Assembly: GCA_049652745.1 (NCBI GenBank)
Contig: JBASEY010000033.1
Span: forward strand, 20,159-84,158
Length of the DNA stretch: 64,000 nucleotides
Origin: a bacterium
GTDB taxonomy: Bacteria; CSSED10-310
Direction: 5' to 3'
Below the pieces are notes generated by a model. It did not search any database, was not told where the DNA came from, and saw only the letters and a program-made list of their open reading frames with translations. Below, one piece after another: positions 25,976-36,868 of the stretch. The position numbers and the translations under genes are program-made. The number at the start of each line of letters is the position of its first letter. Position 1 is the stretch's first letter.

Positions 25976-27583
25976 ATGGAAACTAAGTACATTTTTGTAA
26001 CCGGTGGAGTTGTATCTTCGTTGGGCAAAGGGATTGCCTCGGCGGGGATTGGAGCGCTGCTTGAAAGCAGAGGGTTTCGCGTCACACACTTAAAATTCGA
26101 TCCTTATTTGAATGTCGATCCAGGCACCATGAGCCCGTTACAACATGGCGAAGTTTTCGTCACCGATGATGGCGCCGAAACCGATCTCGACTTGGGTCAT
26201 TATGAGCGGTTTACTCAATCGACTATGAAGCAAGCGAACAATGTCACGGCTGGGGCGATTTACAACACTATTCTTACGAAAGAAAGGCGGGGTGACTTTC
26301 ATGGTGGAACCGTTCAGGTTGTGCCGCATGTCACTGATGAAATCAAAAACAGAATAACAAAGCTGGCGCCTGGATTCGATGTCGTCATTGTCGAACTCGG
26401 CGGCACGGTTGGAGATATCGAAAGTCTTCCGTTTTTAGAAGCGATCCGCCAGTTCCGGTACGATGTCGGCCCGGATAATACGCTGTATGTGCATCTGACT
26501 TTAGTCCCATATATTCGGGCGGCACGTGAGATCAAAACCAAACCCACTCAACACAGTGTCAAAGAATTACGCGAAATCGGTATTCAACCCGATATCCTAC
26601 TCTGCCGAACTGAAATGCCTCTCAGCGACCAGATAAAACGAAAGATATCTCTGTTTTGCAACGTGGACACACGCGCCGTCATCGCAGCGCCCGATGTCGC
26701 CAGTATTTATCAAGTCCCGCTGGAATATGCCCGGGAGGAACTGGATGACCTGGTGATCGAAAAGTTACGATTGCCGAATTTGCCACCCAATTTAGACGAA
26801 TGGAAGTCAATTGTTCACACGCTCAATTACCCGAAACACAAAGTGCGCATTGCTGTTGTCGGCAAATATGTGCTTTTAAAAGATTCTTATAAAAGTCTTG
26901 CTGAGGCTTTCATCCATGGCGGTATAGCCAATGAAACTCAAGTGGATTTGAATTGGATCGATTCCAGCCAGTTTGAAAAACACGGGCCGGAAACTCTTCT
27001 GAAAGGTCACAGCGGTATTCTTGTTCCTGGAGGTTTTGGGGATCGGGGTGTCGAGGGTAAAATTCTTGCCGTCCAATATGCTCGCGAACACCGAATACCT
27101 TATTTTGGTATCTGTCTGGGTATGCAAGTTGCCATCATAGAATTTTGCAGAAACATCTGTGGCTTGGAGGATGCCAACAGCACAGAATTCAATGAAAACA
27201 CGTCAAACCCTGTTATCGATCTGCCTACGGGCCAAGATAAACAAGCGAAGATGGGGGGTGCTCTTCGACTGGGAGCTTATCCTTGTCATTTGATGGATAA
27301 CACCATCGCTCGAAAAACATATGGCAGCGAAATCATCTCCGAGCGGCACCGGCATCGTTACGAATTCAACAATACCTACAGACAGTTGATTGAGGACCAT
27401 GGCATGATCATCAGTGGAGTATCCCCAGATAAAAGCCTGGTGGAAATAGTTGAAATCAAGGACCATCCCTGGTTTGTCGCCGTGCAATACCGCCCGGAAT
27501 TCAAATCATCTCCGCGCAAACCCCATCCGCTGTTTGTCGCTTTTATCAAAGCTGCACTGGAAGAGAGTGAATGCCAAGGCTGA
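25976..27583 (+). CDS. pyrG: CTP synthase.
   Basis: N-terminal [24 protein letters not shown]. The glutamine amidotransferase region is [12 protein letters not shown]...GICLGMQ. AGGAG RBS. Confidence 0.95.
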   Translation: METKYIFVTGGVVSSLGKGIASAGIGALLESRGFRVTHLKFDPYLNVDPGTMSPLQHGEVFVTDDGAETDLDLGHYERFTQSTMKQANNVTAGAIYNTILTKERRGDFHGGTVQVVPHVTDEIKNRITKLAPGFDVVIVELGGTVGDIESLPFLEAIRQFRYDVGPDNTLYVHLTLVPYIRAAREIKTKPTQHSVKELREIGIQPDILLCRTEMPLSDQIKRKISLFCNVDTRAVIAAPDVASIYQVPLEYAREELDDLVIEKLRLPNLPPNLDEWKSIVHTLNYPKHKVRIAVVGKYVLLKDSYKSLAEAFIHGGIANETQVDLNWIDSSQFEKHGPETLLKGHSGILVPGGFGDRGVEGKILAVQYAREHRIPYFGICLGMQVAIIEFCRNICGLEDANSTEFNENTSNPVIDLPTGQDKQAKMGGALRLGAYPCHLMDNTIARKTYGSEIISERHRHRYEFNNTYRQLIEDHGMIISGVSPDKSLVEIVEIKDHPWFVAVQYRPEFKSSPRKPHPLFVAFIKAALEESECQG

Positions 27584-28503
27584 AATTGTTATGGAAAGCA
27601 TTCAAACGCCGGTCAATAGGAATCATTGTCCTTTCCGTCGCATATATCATCGCCAGGGTTCCGCAAAAATATGCCGATTTTCTGGCGAGATTTTTAGGCA
27701 AAGCCGTGTATCGCCTATCGAAAAAAACACGTGAAAGAATTTTAAACAATCTTATTTTGGTTTACGGCGATTCAATGGATGAGCATGTACGCCATGAAAT
27801 GGCGCTTAAAATTTGTTTAAACTTGGCGTTTCACATCGTAGAATCCGTACGTTTAGCCGTCATTGGCCCCGAGATGGTACGAATGATGATCGATGACAAT
27901 CAATGTGAGGAAATTCTTAACGCACACCTGGAAGCGGGAAAAAGCATCATGATCGTCACCGCTCATTATGGAAACTGGGAGCTTTTTGCTGCCAGAATCG
28001 CACAAATAGCGCCGTTGACTGTTCTGGCTCGAAGAAACAACAATCCATATATCGAAGCAGCTATCGCTCGTGCCAGAGAAAAACATCGTGTCAGAGTGTT
28101 GGATAGAAGCGATCCGGGGACACCGCGGGAAATGATTCAAATGGGACATGAAGGCGGCCACATAGTTGGAATCCTTGTCGACCAGGACACGATCAAGATT
28201 CAAGGGATATTTTCAAACTTTATGGGCTTGCCGGCATTGACGCCAAGCGGCCCGGCGGCTGTTGCTATACGTCAACTATTCACGGTTTTTATCGGGGTCT
28301 TGAAACCGATAGCAGACCATAAACACAAAATTATCTTGAACGGTCCGATCCCTATCCCGACGAATGGATCGAGGGAACAAAAAATTCAACTTCTCACCGA
28401 TATATTCAATCAACATTTAAGCGATATTATATTAGAAGACCCTCTATATTGGGTCTGGAATCATCGTCGATGGCGCCATAGACCGGAAGCGAGCGGGAAC
28501 TGA
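27571..28503 (+). CDS. lpxL: Lipid A biosynthesis late acyltransferase, LpxL/HtrB family.
   Basis: An N-terminal TM segment. The HX4E motif is HYGNWE. The family architecture is present. The gene overlaps the pyrG stop. Confidence 0.75.
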   Translation: MPRLKLLWKAFKRRSIGIIVLSVAYIIARVPQKYADFLARFLGKAVYRLSKKTRERILNNLILVYGDSMDEHVRHEMALKICLNLAFHIVESVRLAVIGPEMVRMMIDDNQCEEILNAHLEAGKSIMIVTAHYGNWELFAARIAQIAPLTVLARRNNNPYIEAAIARAREKHRVRVLDRSDPGTPREMIQMGHEGGHIVGILVDQDTIKIQGIFSNFMGLPALTPSGPAAVAIRQLFTVFIGVLKPIADHKHKIILNGPIPIPTNGSREQKIQLLTDIFNQHLSDIILEDPLYWVWNHRRWRHRPEASGN

Positions 28504-28505
28504 TT

Positions 28506-29651
28506 ATGCCGTGGCTGGTTTCAATAGCTCTTTTTCTAGGCATTTTACTCGGTATCATTATTGGGTTTAAATGGAACTCCAGCGGTAAATCCCAAGCATT
28601 ACAGGATGAAACGAACAAATACCTCGGCAGCGCTCTTTTAGCGCTCGTCAACCATAACCGTGACAAAGCGATGGAGCAATTATCCTTTCTAATCGGTAGA
28701 ACAACAGAAAACATCGAAGCTTATATAGCCTTGAGCAACCTTTATCGAGATAAAGGATGGTTTCATCGTGCCATCGATATCAGAAGGCGTTTATTAGCCC
28801 GCGCAATCATCACTCCCGAGCAGCGTCGGACAATCATGCTGGGTATGGTTTTTGATTACCAGAGGGCCGGATTGGTCGGACGTGCAATCGAGGCCATGAA
28901 AATCATTATTGATATGACGGAACCATCACAAGAGGACTACGAAATTCTAGCCGGTCTTTATGAATTGTCAGGCCGGCTGCAGGATTCGGCAGAAGTTTGG
29001 CGCAGAGTCGGGCATGACGAAAATTACGCATATGTTCGAACGGAATTGGCTCGAGTGATGATTCAAAACGGAAATCTGGATGGAGCTAAAAAGCTGTTGG
29101 TTCATACATTGAAAGTTCATCGGAACAATCCCGCGGCATTGCTGCTTTTAGCAGACTTGAATGCCCGATCAGGTAAAACCTCACGAGCGGAAAGACTGTT
29201 TGACCGGCTTCAAAAAATTCGGCCGGATTTGACGGGGGTCATTGCAGACAACTTGGAAAAAATAGCGACAGAGACAAATCATGCGCAAACTCAGGCTTTT
29301 TTCCTGCACTTGTTGGAAACACAAAAATCCAGGCCGAGAGTTGCTGTCCGATATGCTGCATATCTGGTCAAACTAGGTCGTTTAGAAGACGCACGACAAA
29401 TAATCGAAAATATAAAGACGGATGAACTCGCGCCGGAAACGATGACTCGTCTTGTATTGGTCGCGTATCAGAGCGGTGCGGTCGAATCTGCAGCTCGATA
29501 TGGGTTGGAGACTATCCAGAGATATCTTGATAACAAGGCCTTTGTTTGTCATGCTTGTAAAGAACTCGTTTATATTTTTGAATGGAAATGTCCTAAATGC
29601 GGACGCTGGGGAACCATCCGAAGCCGACGTTCCTACTCGAAACAGCCGTGA
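28506..29651 (+). CDS. lapB: LPS assembly protein LapB (YciM): N-terminal TM, TPR repeats and a C-terminal rubredoxin-type zinc ribbon.
   Basis: The TM segment is MPWLVSIALFLGILLGIIIGF. TPR-like helices follow. The C-terminus is C-HAC...C-PKC-GRWG. Confidence 0.8.
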   Translation: MPWLVSIALFLGILLGIIIGFKWNSSGKSQALQDETNKYLGSALLALVNHNRDKAMEQLSFLIGRTTENIEAYIALSNLYRDKGWFHRAIDIRRRLLARAIITPEQRRTIMLGMVFDYQRAGLVGRAIEAMKIIIDMTEPSQEDYEILAGLYELSGRLQDSAEVWRRVGHDENYAYVRTELARVMIQNGNLDGAKKLLVHTLKVHRNNPAALLLLADLNARSGKTSRAERLFDRLQKIRPDLTGVIADNLEKIATETNHAQTQAFFLHLLETQKSRPRVAVRYAAYLVKLGRLEDARQIIENIKTDELAPETMTRLVLVAYQSGAVESAARYGLETIQRYLDNKAFVCHACKELVYIFEWKCPKCGRWGTIRSRRSYSKQP

Positions 29652-29664
29652 AAGGAAAACAAGG

Positions 29665-30324
29665 ATGAAATCGATACATTTTCTTGTGCTGGCCATCAAC
29701 TTCTCGACTTTGATGTGCCATTCGGCATTTGCATTCGTTTTGCCCTCTACCGTGACGACTGAACAATGGCAAGACAGCTATATGGCAAAATGGCAGTCCG
29801 GGAATGAAGGTGATAAAGTCGATGCCATCGAACAACTCGCCGCCCTGCTTCTTTTGTTGCCACCCTCAGATTCAATGGGATCGATCACCAGCGAATCTCT
29901 GGAACGGTTTATACAAATATCTCCGGATGCTTTGATGGCTCAAGCTTTTTATTCACTCCAAAGCGGTAACCCGAAAATCGCTTCTCAACGTCTTCTGGAC
30001 ATCATCCTCAAATATCCTGACGAGCCGCGGATCAATCGCTTTCGAATCGCTCTTGCTCGCGCTTTCAGGGAAGAAGGAAAATATGACCTTGCCGCGGCGC
30101 AGTTGGACCCTTTGATGAACTTGATTACCACAGATGGAAAATGGGCAACATTGGAAAAAGTGGATTTGTTGCATAAAACGGGTGATTTCAAAGGCGCCGT
30201 TCAGATACTCAAATTATTGGCTCCGGCCGTCGAGGGGTCCGGATATTTTGAATATCGTGTCAAACAAGCCCTGGCCGCGGCTGGCACTGAACACATGTTG
30301 CGACTTCAAATGGAGACTGAATGA
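29665..30324 (+). CDS. Secreted TPR-like helical protein (hypothetical).
   Basis: The ATG at 29665 has an AAGGAAAACAAGG RBS. Signal peptide MKSIHFLVLAINFSTLMCHSAFA. The gene overlaps the mutS start (ATGA). Confidence 0.55.
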   Translation: MKSIHFLVLAINFSTLMCHSAFAFVLPSTVTTEQWQDSYMAKWQSGNEGDKVDAIEQLAALLLLLPPSDSMGSITSESLERFIQISPDALMAQAFYSLQSGNPKIASQRLLDIILKYPDEPRINRFRIALARAFREEGKYDLAAAQLDPLMNLITTDGKWATLEKVDLLHKTGDFKGAVQILKLLAPAVEGSGYFEYRVKQALAAAGTEHMLRLQMETE

Positions 30325-32921
30325 CAGGCGCCGGTTCGACACAGACGCCCATGATGCGGCAATATAAAGAACTCAAAGCTAAATATCCCGACGCTATTTT
30401 GTTTTTCAGGATGGGGGATTTTTATGAAATGTTTGGGGATGACGCCATTAAGGCCGCCCCTATCCTGGATGTAGTACTGACATCTCGGGATAAAACCAGT
30501 GATGAAAAAATTCCGATGTGCGGAATACCTTGGCATTCAGCTAATAGCTATATTGCAAAACTAATTGAACACAACTTAAAAGTGGCTATCTGCGAACAGC
30601 TCGAAGATCCCAAACTGGCCAAAGGTATCGTCAAGCGCGGCATCGTTAGAATTATCACTCCAGGAACGATTCTTGAGGACAATCTTCTTTCTTCCAAAGA
30701 AAACAATTACCTTGCCTGCCTGGCAGCCGCTTCTAATCGTTTTGGTATCGCGCTTCTGGATGTGTCGACGGGTGACTTCAGAGCTACGGAAATCCCGAAC
30801 ACTCCGGATCCACAAGCGTATAAAGATGAATTGAGACGATGGCCGATTAGAGAGTTGTTGCATCCTGAATCTTTTGAGCCGGTCGGCATCGATAAAACTA
30901 TCAGAATAAACGCTCTTGAAGACTGGATTTTTACAAAAGATCACGCAATTGAACGAATACGTGAACATTTCGGAGTCATGCATCTGGATGGATTCGGTCT
31001 CCAGGAGTCGCCTGCCGCAACTCTCGCCGTAGGAGCCCTGTTGGATTACCTCAAATCCACTCAATTGGCTGCCCTAAAACATATATCGAGCTTGCAAACC
31101 TACCATAACGATCAATTCGTTTTCCTCGACAGCGCCAGCCAACGCAACCTGGAGCTGTCTCGGACAATGATGGATAACCGCCGGGAAGGCAGCTTGCTCC
31201 ATTTTCTGGATGAAACATGCACGGCTATGGGCAGCCGCCTGTTGAAGCAGAGATTGGAACAGCCTCTTCGTGATCCCAATGCTGTTGACCAAAGACTTCA
31301 AGAAGTCGATGGTTTTTACTCTGACGGCGATTTTCGATCACTTGTCAGAAACGAGTTGGAAAAAATTGCCGACCTGGAACGGCTCATGGGTCGAATCACT
31401 GCGAAAATAGCAACCCCCCGTGATCTCTCCGCTCTGCGGTTCAGTCTCCACCGTTTACCGGCTCTGAAAACAATCGTGTCCAAATCCAAAAACACCCGCC
31501 TTCAATTCTTAGGTGAAGCCATAGACCCGGTGGATTTTGTCCGCGATCTTTTAGATCGATCTATTCAAGACAATCCGTCGGCCACGTTAAAAGACGGCGG
31601 CGTCATTCGTGATGGTTTCAACACGGAGCTTGACGGTTTTCGTGCTGCGGCCAAAGATGGAAAAAAATGGATCGCACAACTTCAAAAGCAAGAAATGGAA
31701 GCGACGGCAATTCCATCTTTAAAAATTCGATACAATAAATTGTTCGGTTTTTTTATTGAGGTAACAAATACACATTTAGATAAGGTGCCGGACAGGTATA
31801 TCCGCCGTCAAACACTGGTTAATTCCGAGCGGTTTGTCACGCACGAATTGAAAGAAATGGAAGAGACTATTTTAGGCGCTGAAGAGAAGATGTTGGCGTT
31901 GGAAGCTGAACTTTTCAATGAAATCAGAGATTCCATCGCTGAATCGGTTGCTCGGGTTCAACAAACAGCCAGAGTTATAGCAGAATTGGATGTTGCAGCA
32001 ACCGCTGCGGAACTGGCGGTCACATATCGTTATAGGCGACCTGAAATTCGTGCGGGAAATGATCTGATTATCATGGGAGGTCGTCATCCCGTAGTGGAAA
32101 GAATGGCATTGGATAGGGGTTTTGTGCCCAATGACACCTACTTGAACGGGGATGAAAACCGTCTTGTCATTTTGACAGGTCCGAATATGGCTGGGAAAAG
32201 CACATATATTCGACAGGTGGCCTTGATCGTATTGATGGCGCAGGCCGGCCTTTACGTTCCGGTGGATAGCGCCGTCATTGGAACAGTGGATCGAATTTTC
32301 ACGCGTGTCGGTGCGTCGGATAACTTGGCAGCAGGCCAATCGACATTCATGGTTGAAATGAGTGAGGCGGCTAACATATTGAACAATGCGACAAGTCAAA
32401 GTCTTGTGATATTGGATGAAATTGGTCGCGGCACATCGACGTTCGACGGGCTTTCGATCGCCTGGGCTGTTGCTGAATATCTTCATGGAGTGAAGTGTCG
32501 CACACTTTTTGCCACGCATTATCATGAGCTGACCGATCTATCTGAGAGGCTTGACAGCGTTAAAAACTTCAATGTCGTTGTCAAAGAATGGAAAGACCAA
32601 GTTATGTTTTTACGCAAAGTTGCGCCGGGAGCCGTCGACAAATCATATGGTATTCAGGTTGCGCGGTTGGCGGGTCTGCCGGCTCAAGTGATCGAACGAT
32701 CTAAAGAAGTTTTGGCAGCTCTTGAATTGAAAGAAAGCGGTCGTGTCCCGGAAACCGGCAGCGCAAAAAAACCTCGTGTCATCCAGCCAAGCCTTTTCAT
32801 GGAAGCGGATACCCCGCTCCTATACGCCTTGAACACAATCGATATACAGAAGCTGACTCCTTTGGATGCATTGAATCTGCTGGCCAAATGGAAAGCCGAG
32901 TATGGGAAAGGACAAAAATAA
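30321..32921 (+). CDS. mutS: DNA mismatch repair protein MutS.
   Basis: N-terminal TPMMRQYKELKAKYPDAILFFRMGDFYEMF. The Walker A is GPNMAGKSTYIRQ. The helix-turn-helix C-terminal region is present. Confidence 0.95.
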   Translation: MTGAGSTQTPMMRQYKELKAKYPDAILFFRMGDFYEMFGDDAIKAAPILDVVLTSRDKTSDEKIPMCGIPWHSANSYIAKLIEHNLKVAICEQLEDPKLAKGIVKRGIVRIITPGTILEDNLLSSKENNYLACLAAASNRFGIALLDVSTGDFRATEIPNTPDPQAYKDELRRWPIRELLHPESFEPVGIDKTIRINALEDWIFTKDHAIERIREHFGVMHLDGFGLQESPAATLAVGALLDYLKSTQLAALKHISSLQTYHNDQFVFLDSASQRNLELSRTMMDNRREGSLLHFLDETCTAMGSRLLKQRLEQPLRDPNAVDQRLQEVDGFYSDGDFRSLVRNELEKIADLERLMGRITAKIATPRDLSALRFSLHRLPALKTIVSKSKNTRLQFLGEAIDPVDFVRDLLDRSIQDNPSATLKDGGVIRDGFNTELDGFRAAAKDGKKWIAQLQKQEMEATAIPSLKIRYNKLFGFFIEVTNTHLDKVPDRYIRRQTLVNSERFVTHELKEMEETILGAEEKMLALEAELFNEIRDSIAESVARVQQTARVIAELDVAATAAELAVTYRYRRPEIRAGNDLIIMGGRHPVVERMALDRGFVPNDTYLNGDENRLVILTGPNMAGKSTYIRQVALIVLMAQAGLYVPVDSAVIGTVDRIFTRVGASDNLAAGQSTFMVEMSEAANILNNATSQSLVILDEIGRGTSTFDGLSIAWAVAEYLHGVKCRTLFATHYHELTDLSERLDSVKNFNVVVKEWKDQVMFLRKVAPGAVDKSYGIQVARLAGLPAQVIERSKEVLAALELKESGRVPETGSAKKPRVIQPSLFMEADTPLLYALNTIDIQKLTPLDALNLLAKWKAEYGKGQK

Positions 32922-32925
32922 TCGT

Positions 32926-33456
32926 TTAGCCGGAAACCTTTTTTTTCTGTTCGAAAAACGTGACAAGCTGCGGGTTATCTTTGAGGAAATTGATCATTTG
33001 GTATCGATTGCGACCTTTAAAACCCATGGACTCATAAAGGTGAACGGCTGCCGGGTTATCCATGTCCGTTAAAAGATCGATTCGTACCGCTCCTGAGGCA
33101 ACGGCAAAATCCAGAAATTTCCTCATCAAAGTTTTACCAAGGCCTTTGCCTCGAAATTCCGGAAGAATATATACAAGGTCTAACATCATGACGATATCGG
33201 ATGATGACATCGATATCCTATCATATGCCCGGATATATCCGGCCGGTTTTTGTTCCTCCAATAAAATCAATGGATGGTATATGGCGGAATTGTTGCGGTA
33301 AAACTCCATTTGAACATGCCAGGCCTTCGCATCGTGGCTCAAACCATATTCCTGATCATAGATTCGATGAATCTCGAATAAATGGTCGCGATCCTCAGGA
33401 AAAACCATTTTTCGAAATATGAATTCCCGATTCAAGTGTTCGTTTTCAGACTCCAT
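32926..33456 (-). CDS. GNAT-family N-acetyltransferase.
   Basis: The acetyl-CoA binding motif is RGKGLGKTLMRKFLDFA. Confidence 0.7.
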   Translation of the reverse strand: MESENEHLNREFIFRKMVFPEDRDHLFEIHRIYDQEYGLSHDAKAWHVQMEFYRNNSAIYHPLILLEEQKPAGYIRAYDRISMSSSDIVMMLDLVYILPEFRGKGLGKTLMRKFLDFAVASGAVRIDLLTDMDNPAAVHLYESMGFKGRNRYQMINFLKDNPQLVTFFEQKKKVSG

Positions 33457-33472
33457 TCCTTACCTCCCCATT

Positions 33473-34603
33473 TCATTTATAGGCTTTTTCAACGCCGGAT
33501 TTCTGCCACAAATCGATATAGAAATTTTCAGTCCGGCGAACCATTTCCTCCATTGAAAAAGATTGCGCGATCCGGAGAGATTCCCGGCCCATTCGAAGGC
33601 GGGTTTCCGGATTGTTCACGATTGTTCTCAAAGCTTCGATAAAAGCTTTGCTGTCCGACGGTGGTACCAATAGCCCGTTTATTTCATGCCGTATGGCTTC
33701 AGGATTGCCCCCGACAGCAGTTGTGACAATAGGCAGGCCACATGCCATGGCCTCGATCAAAGCATTTGAAAAACCTTCTTTTAAGGATGGCATAACAAAT
33801 ATATCCAAAGCCCGATAAAAATCACGCGTATCATTCGTGAATCCAAGCAGATGAAAAAAATCCAAAGCGCCGACACTTTGCGCATACTCGAGTAATTCTT
33901 GTCTCAAAGGTCCATCTCCGGCAATATAAAAATGTACTCCCGCATTTTGAAAATCCGGATCTGCCGCAGCTTCAACTAGAACGTGAAGAGCCTTGATCGG
34001 CATTAAGCGCGCGGCACATCCCACTTTCAGATTCCCGTCGAAAATGGGAGTGTCATCGTCTTTACCGGGACAAAAAAATCGAGTGTCCACTCCGTTATAG
34101 ATAACCTTTTGGCGCGATTCCGGCAATGAAATCCGCTCGATATAATTCTGTCTGACGCTTTCGGATACAAATACCGTACAGTGCCTAAACCTACTGACAA
34201 TTCGGTCTGTAAAAATCTGGCCGGCATCATCCCAGCCTTCAATAGTATGTATGTTAGCGACAATGACAGGTGTTCCTGCTATCTTTGCCGCAACAGTTCC
34301 AGAAATATTCGCCCGGTACATATGTGTATGAACAATATCAATTTTTTGCTCTTTGAGATATTTTCCAAGCTTCCACAAGCCCTTCGGCGACCAACGGGAA
34401 GAAATCGGTTTTTCAATAACCGGAATGCCTTTTTGAACAAGCTCCGGGGCTAGTTCACCAGCAGATTTCAAGCAAACAACCCTGGCTTCGAAACGCGATT
34501 TATCCAATAACGGCAACAGCGTTGTAAGTTTTTTTTCTACCCCTCCCGGCCACAGACCGCTGATAATCCTTGCTACTTTTAAAGGTCTATTGGGCTCTTT
34601 CAT
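33473..34603 (-). CDS. Glycosyltransferase family 4.
   Basis: The GT4 C-terminal motif is EGFSNALIEAMACGLPIVTTAVGGNPE. Confidence 0.8.
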   Translation of the reverse strand: MKEPNRPLKVARIISGLWPGGVEKKLTTLLPLLDKSRFEARVVCLKSAGELAPELVQKGIPVIEKPISSRWSPKGLWKLGKYLKEQKIDIVHTHMYRANISGTVAAKIAGTPVIVANIHTIEGWDDAGQIFTDRIVSRFRHCTVFVSESVRQNYIERISLPESRQKVIYNGVDTRFFCPGKDDDTPIFDGNLKVGCAARLMPIKALHVLVEAAADPDFQNAGVHFYIAGDGPLRQELLEYAQSVGALDFFHLLGFTNDTRDFYRALDIFVMPSLKEGFSNALIEAMACGLPIVTTAVGGNPEAIRHEINGLLVPPSDSKAFIEALRTIVNNPETRLRMGRESLRIAQSFSMEEMVRRTENFYIDLWQKSGVEKAYK

Positions 34604-34604
34604 A

Positions 34605-35726
34605 TCAATTCGATGTGCCCTCTGTTCCGCTCAGCAAGTTTTCATACACAGCCGCTGTCTTGCGAACCGTTTCGCGTATATCGAACACGGTTTCGACACG
34701 TTTCCGACCTGCTTTACCCATGATAAGCCGTTGCTCGGAACTATCGATCAAATCGGCGATTTTTTCCGCCATTGCAGATGGATTCCGGATCGGTGTAAGC
34801 CAGCCGGTCACGCCGTCGACAACAACCTCTGGAATTCCGCCGGCACGTGTCGCAACAACAGGTTTCGCCATGGCCATGGCATCCAGAATAGACGTGCAAA
34901 GACCCTCCATTTTTGAACTCATACAGAAAATATCACTTGCAGCAAGTATATGTTTGATATCGTTTCGAAATCCAAGCATCAGAAATCGATCTTTTAGAGG
35001 CGACTTGTGGACAGCGTTCTGCAGATCGTTCCAGAGTTCACCGGCTCCGATTAAAAGAAAAACCGCTTGCGGATATCTATCAGCAAGTAGCTCGGATGCT
35101 CTGAAAAAAGTCAAAGGGTCTTTGTGTGGAGCCAAAGCGGCAACCATGGTCACCAGCACTTTTTCGAAGTCCAAGCCCAGTTCGGAACGCACTGCTTTAC
35201 CTTTGTCATCAGGCTCGAAGGCTCTGACATCGATTCCGCTGTAAATCGTTTCAACCTTGTCGGATGGAACTCCGTCGGCAATTAGAATATTTTTTATGGC
35301 ATTGGAGACAGCTAAAATTTTGTCGGCTCCGATAAGATATTTTTTCACAGAAAAATTCATGAAACGTGTTTTCAGCGGAAAATCCGTTCTTTTTGAGTAA
35401 ACCACTTTTAAAGGGCGCCTACAAAAGAATTTGGCTAATGCGGCGGAAATCAGGCCGTGTGAAGTATGTACATGAAAAATATCAGCGCCATAGGTACGGG
35501 CGCCTTTCCAGAGGTCCTGAAACTGCCGAAAAGAAATCTCGCCTGTCGATCTGAGTATAATAGCAGGGATTTCCATCGAACGGACTTTATCCATCAGGGC
35601 GCTTTTCAGCGGCGCTGCGACGATAGACCGAACACCATGCTCAGAGAGGTGGCGAACAAGATGAAACACCTGCCCTTCGCCCCCTCGCCAGGTGCGTTCG
35701 GTATTGACATGGACGACAGTTATCAT
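34605..35726 (-). CDS. Glycosyltransferase family 4.
   Basis: EGLCTSILDAMAMAKPVVATRAGGIPEVV. The stop abuts the start of the next GT4 gene (TGATATG). Confidence 0.8.
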   Translation of the reverse strand: MITVVHVNTERTWRGGEGQVFHLVRHLSEHGVRSIVAAPLKSALMDKVRSMEIPAIILRSTGEISFRQFQDLWKGARTYGADIFHVHTSHGLISAALAKFFCRRPLKVVYSKRTDFPLKTRFMNFSVKKYLIGADKILAVSNAIKNILIADGVPSDKVETIYSGIDVRAFEPDDKGKAVRSELGLDFEKVLVTMVAALAPHKDPLTFFRASELLADRYPQAVFLLIGAGELWNDLQNAVHKSPLKDRFLMLGFRNDIKHILAASDIFCMSSKMEGLCTSILDAMAMAKPVVATRAGGIPEVVVDGVTGWLTPIRNPSAMAEKIADLIDSSEQRLIMGKAGRKRVETVFDIRETVRKTAAVYENLLSGTEGTSN

Positions 35727-35926
35727 TTGCCGCTGTTTTTGCCGGAATCTATCGAAACAGCTTCATCGATCATCATGACAGGAATATCGTCGATTATCGG
35801 GTATACCAATCGACAAGCATAACAAACCAAACCATCTTTCTTTTCCGTCAGTTCCAATTCGCCTTTACAGGCGGGACACACCAGAATGTCAAGCAGTTCT
35901 TTATCTATTGCCATGTAAACCTCCAT
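35723..35926 (-). CDS. ycaR: Trm112/YcaR-family small zinc-ribbon protein (UPF0434).
   Basis: LLDILVCPACKGEL...GLVCYACRLVYPIIDDIPVMMIDEA. Confidence 0.7.
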   Translation of the reverse strand: MEVYMAIDKELLDILVCPACKGELELTEKKDGLVCYACRLVYPIIDDIPVMMIDEAVSIDSGKNSGK

Positions 35927-36866
35927 CCATTATCGACTTCAACCAGTCGATTTCCTTCGCCAACCCGTCTTTCAACGATATTTTTGGTTCATATCCTAGA
36001 GCATCGGCGGCAGCGGAGATATCCGCGGCTGTATGCCGAACATCACCTTTCTGGGTCCCTTCCTTCTGCAAGTTCAAAGGGATGCCCAGCAGATCCTCAA
36101 TGATGGTGATCACTTTATTCAAACTGATCCTGGAACCTCCACCGATATTCAAAACACGCCCTGATAGTCCAGGTAGTATTCCAGCATTGTAGGTAGCATC
36201 GACAGCATCTGCGACAAAGGTAAAATCGCGAGTTTGACTGCCGTCGCCATATATTGTCAAAGGGCGGTTTTCCAACGCTGAACGGATAAACTTGTGAAAA
36301 GCCATGTCGGGGCGTTGGCGCGGGCCGAAAACAGTGAAATATCGCAATGAAACCGTTGGAAGGCCATAATTCACCGTATAGAGAATACACAGGTTTTCAC
36401 CGGCTAATTTGCTGACGCCGTAAGGTGAAATCGGTCGAGGACAAACATGCTCACTCATTGGAAAAGCGTCCACATCGCCATATACAGATGATGACGATGC
36501 ATAAATCAAGCGCTGAACACCCGCTGTCCGAGCAGCTTCCAACACACGCTGGGTCCCCAATATATTGAAATCCGTGTATATACTGAACTGGCTGCCCCAA
36601 CTGGATCTGACGCCGGCCTGAGCTGCCAGATGGAAAATGACATCCGCGTTTTTTACGATTGAACTTATATCTTCTTTGACAATATTTATCGGAAAAAACC
36701 TGAAACGTCGGTTTTTACGGCAACAATTAAGGTTGTTTTCTTTGTATTCTCGGGGATAATAATCCGTAAAACAGTCTATTCCAATGACATCATGCCCTTC
36801 CGACAGAGCTTTTTCCGCTAAATGCGATCCAATAAATCCCGCAACACCGGTAATCACAATTTTCAT
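35901..36866 (-). CDS. NAD-dependent epimerase/dehydratase, an extended SDR of the UDP-glucuronate decarboxylase / UDP-sugar 4-epimerase type.
   Basis: Rossmann fold KIVITGVAGFIGSHL. The catalytic YxxxK is in SPYGVSKLAGE. Confidence 0.8.
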   Translation of the reverse strand: MKIVITGVAGFIGSHLAEKALSEGHDVIGIDCFTDYYPREYKENNLNCCRKNRRFRFFPINIVKEDISSIVKNADVIFHLAAQAGVRSSWGSQFSIYTDFNILGTQRVLEAARTAGVQRLIYASSSSVYGDVDAFPMSEHVCPRPISPYGVSKLAGENLCILYTVNYGLPTVSLRYFTVFGPRQRPDMAFHKFIRSALENRPLTIYGDGSQTRDFTFVADAVDATYNAGILPGLSGRVLNIGGGSRISLNKVITIIEDLLGIPLNLQKEGTQKGDVRHTAADISAAADALGYEPKISLKDGLAKEIDWLKSIMDGGLHGNR

Positions 36867-36868
36867 GT

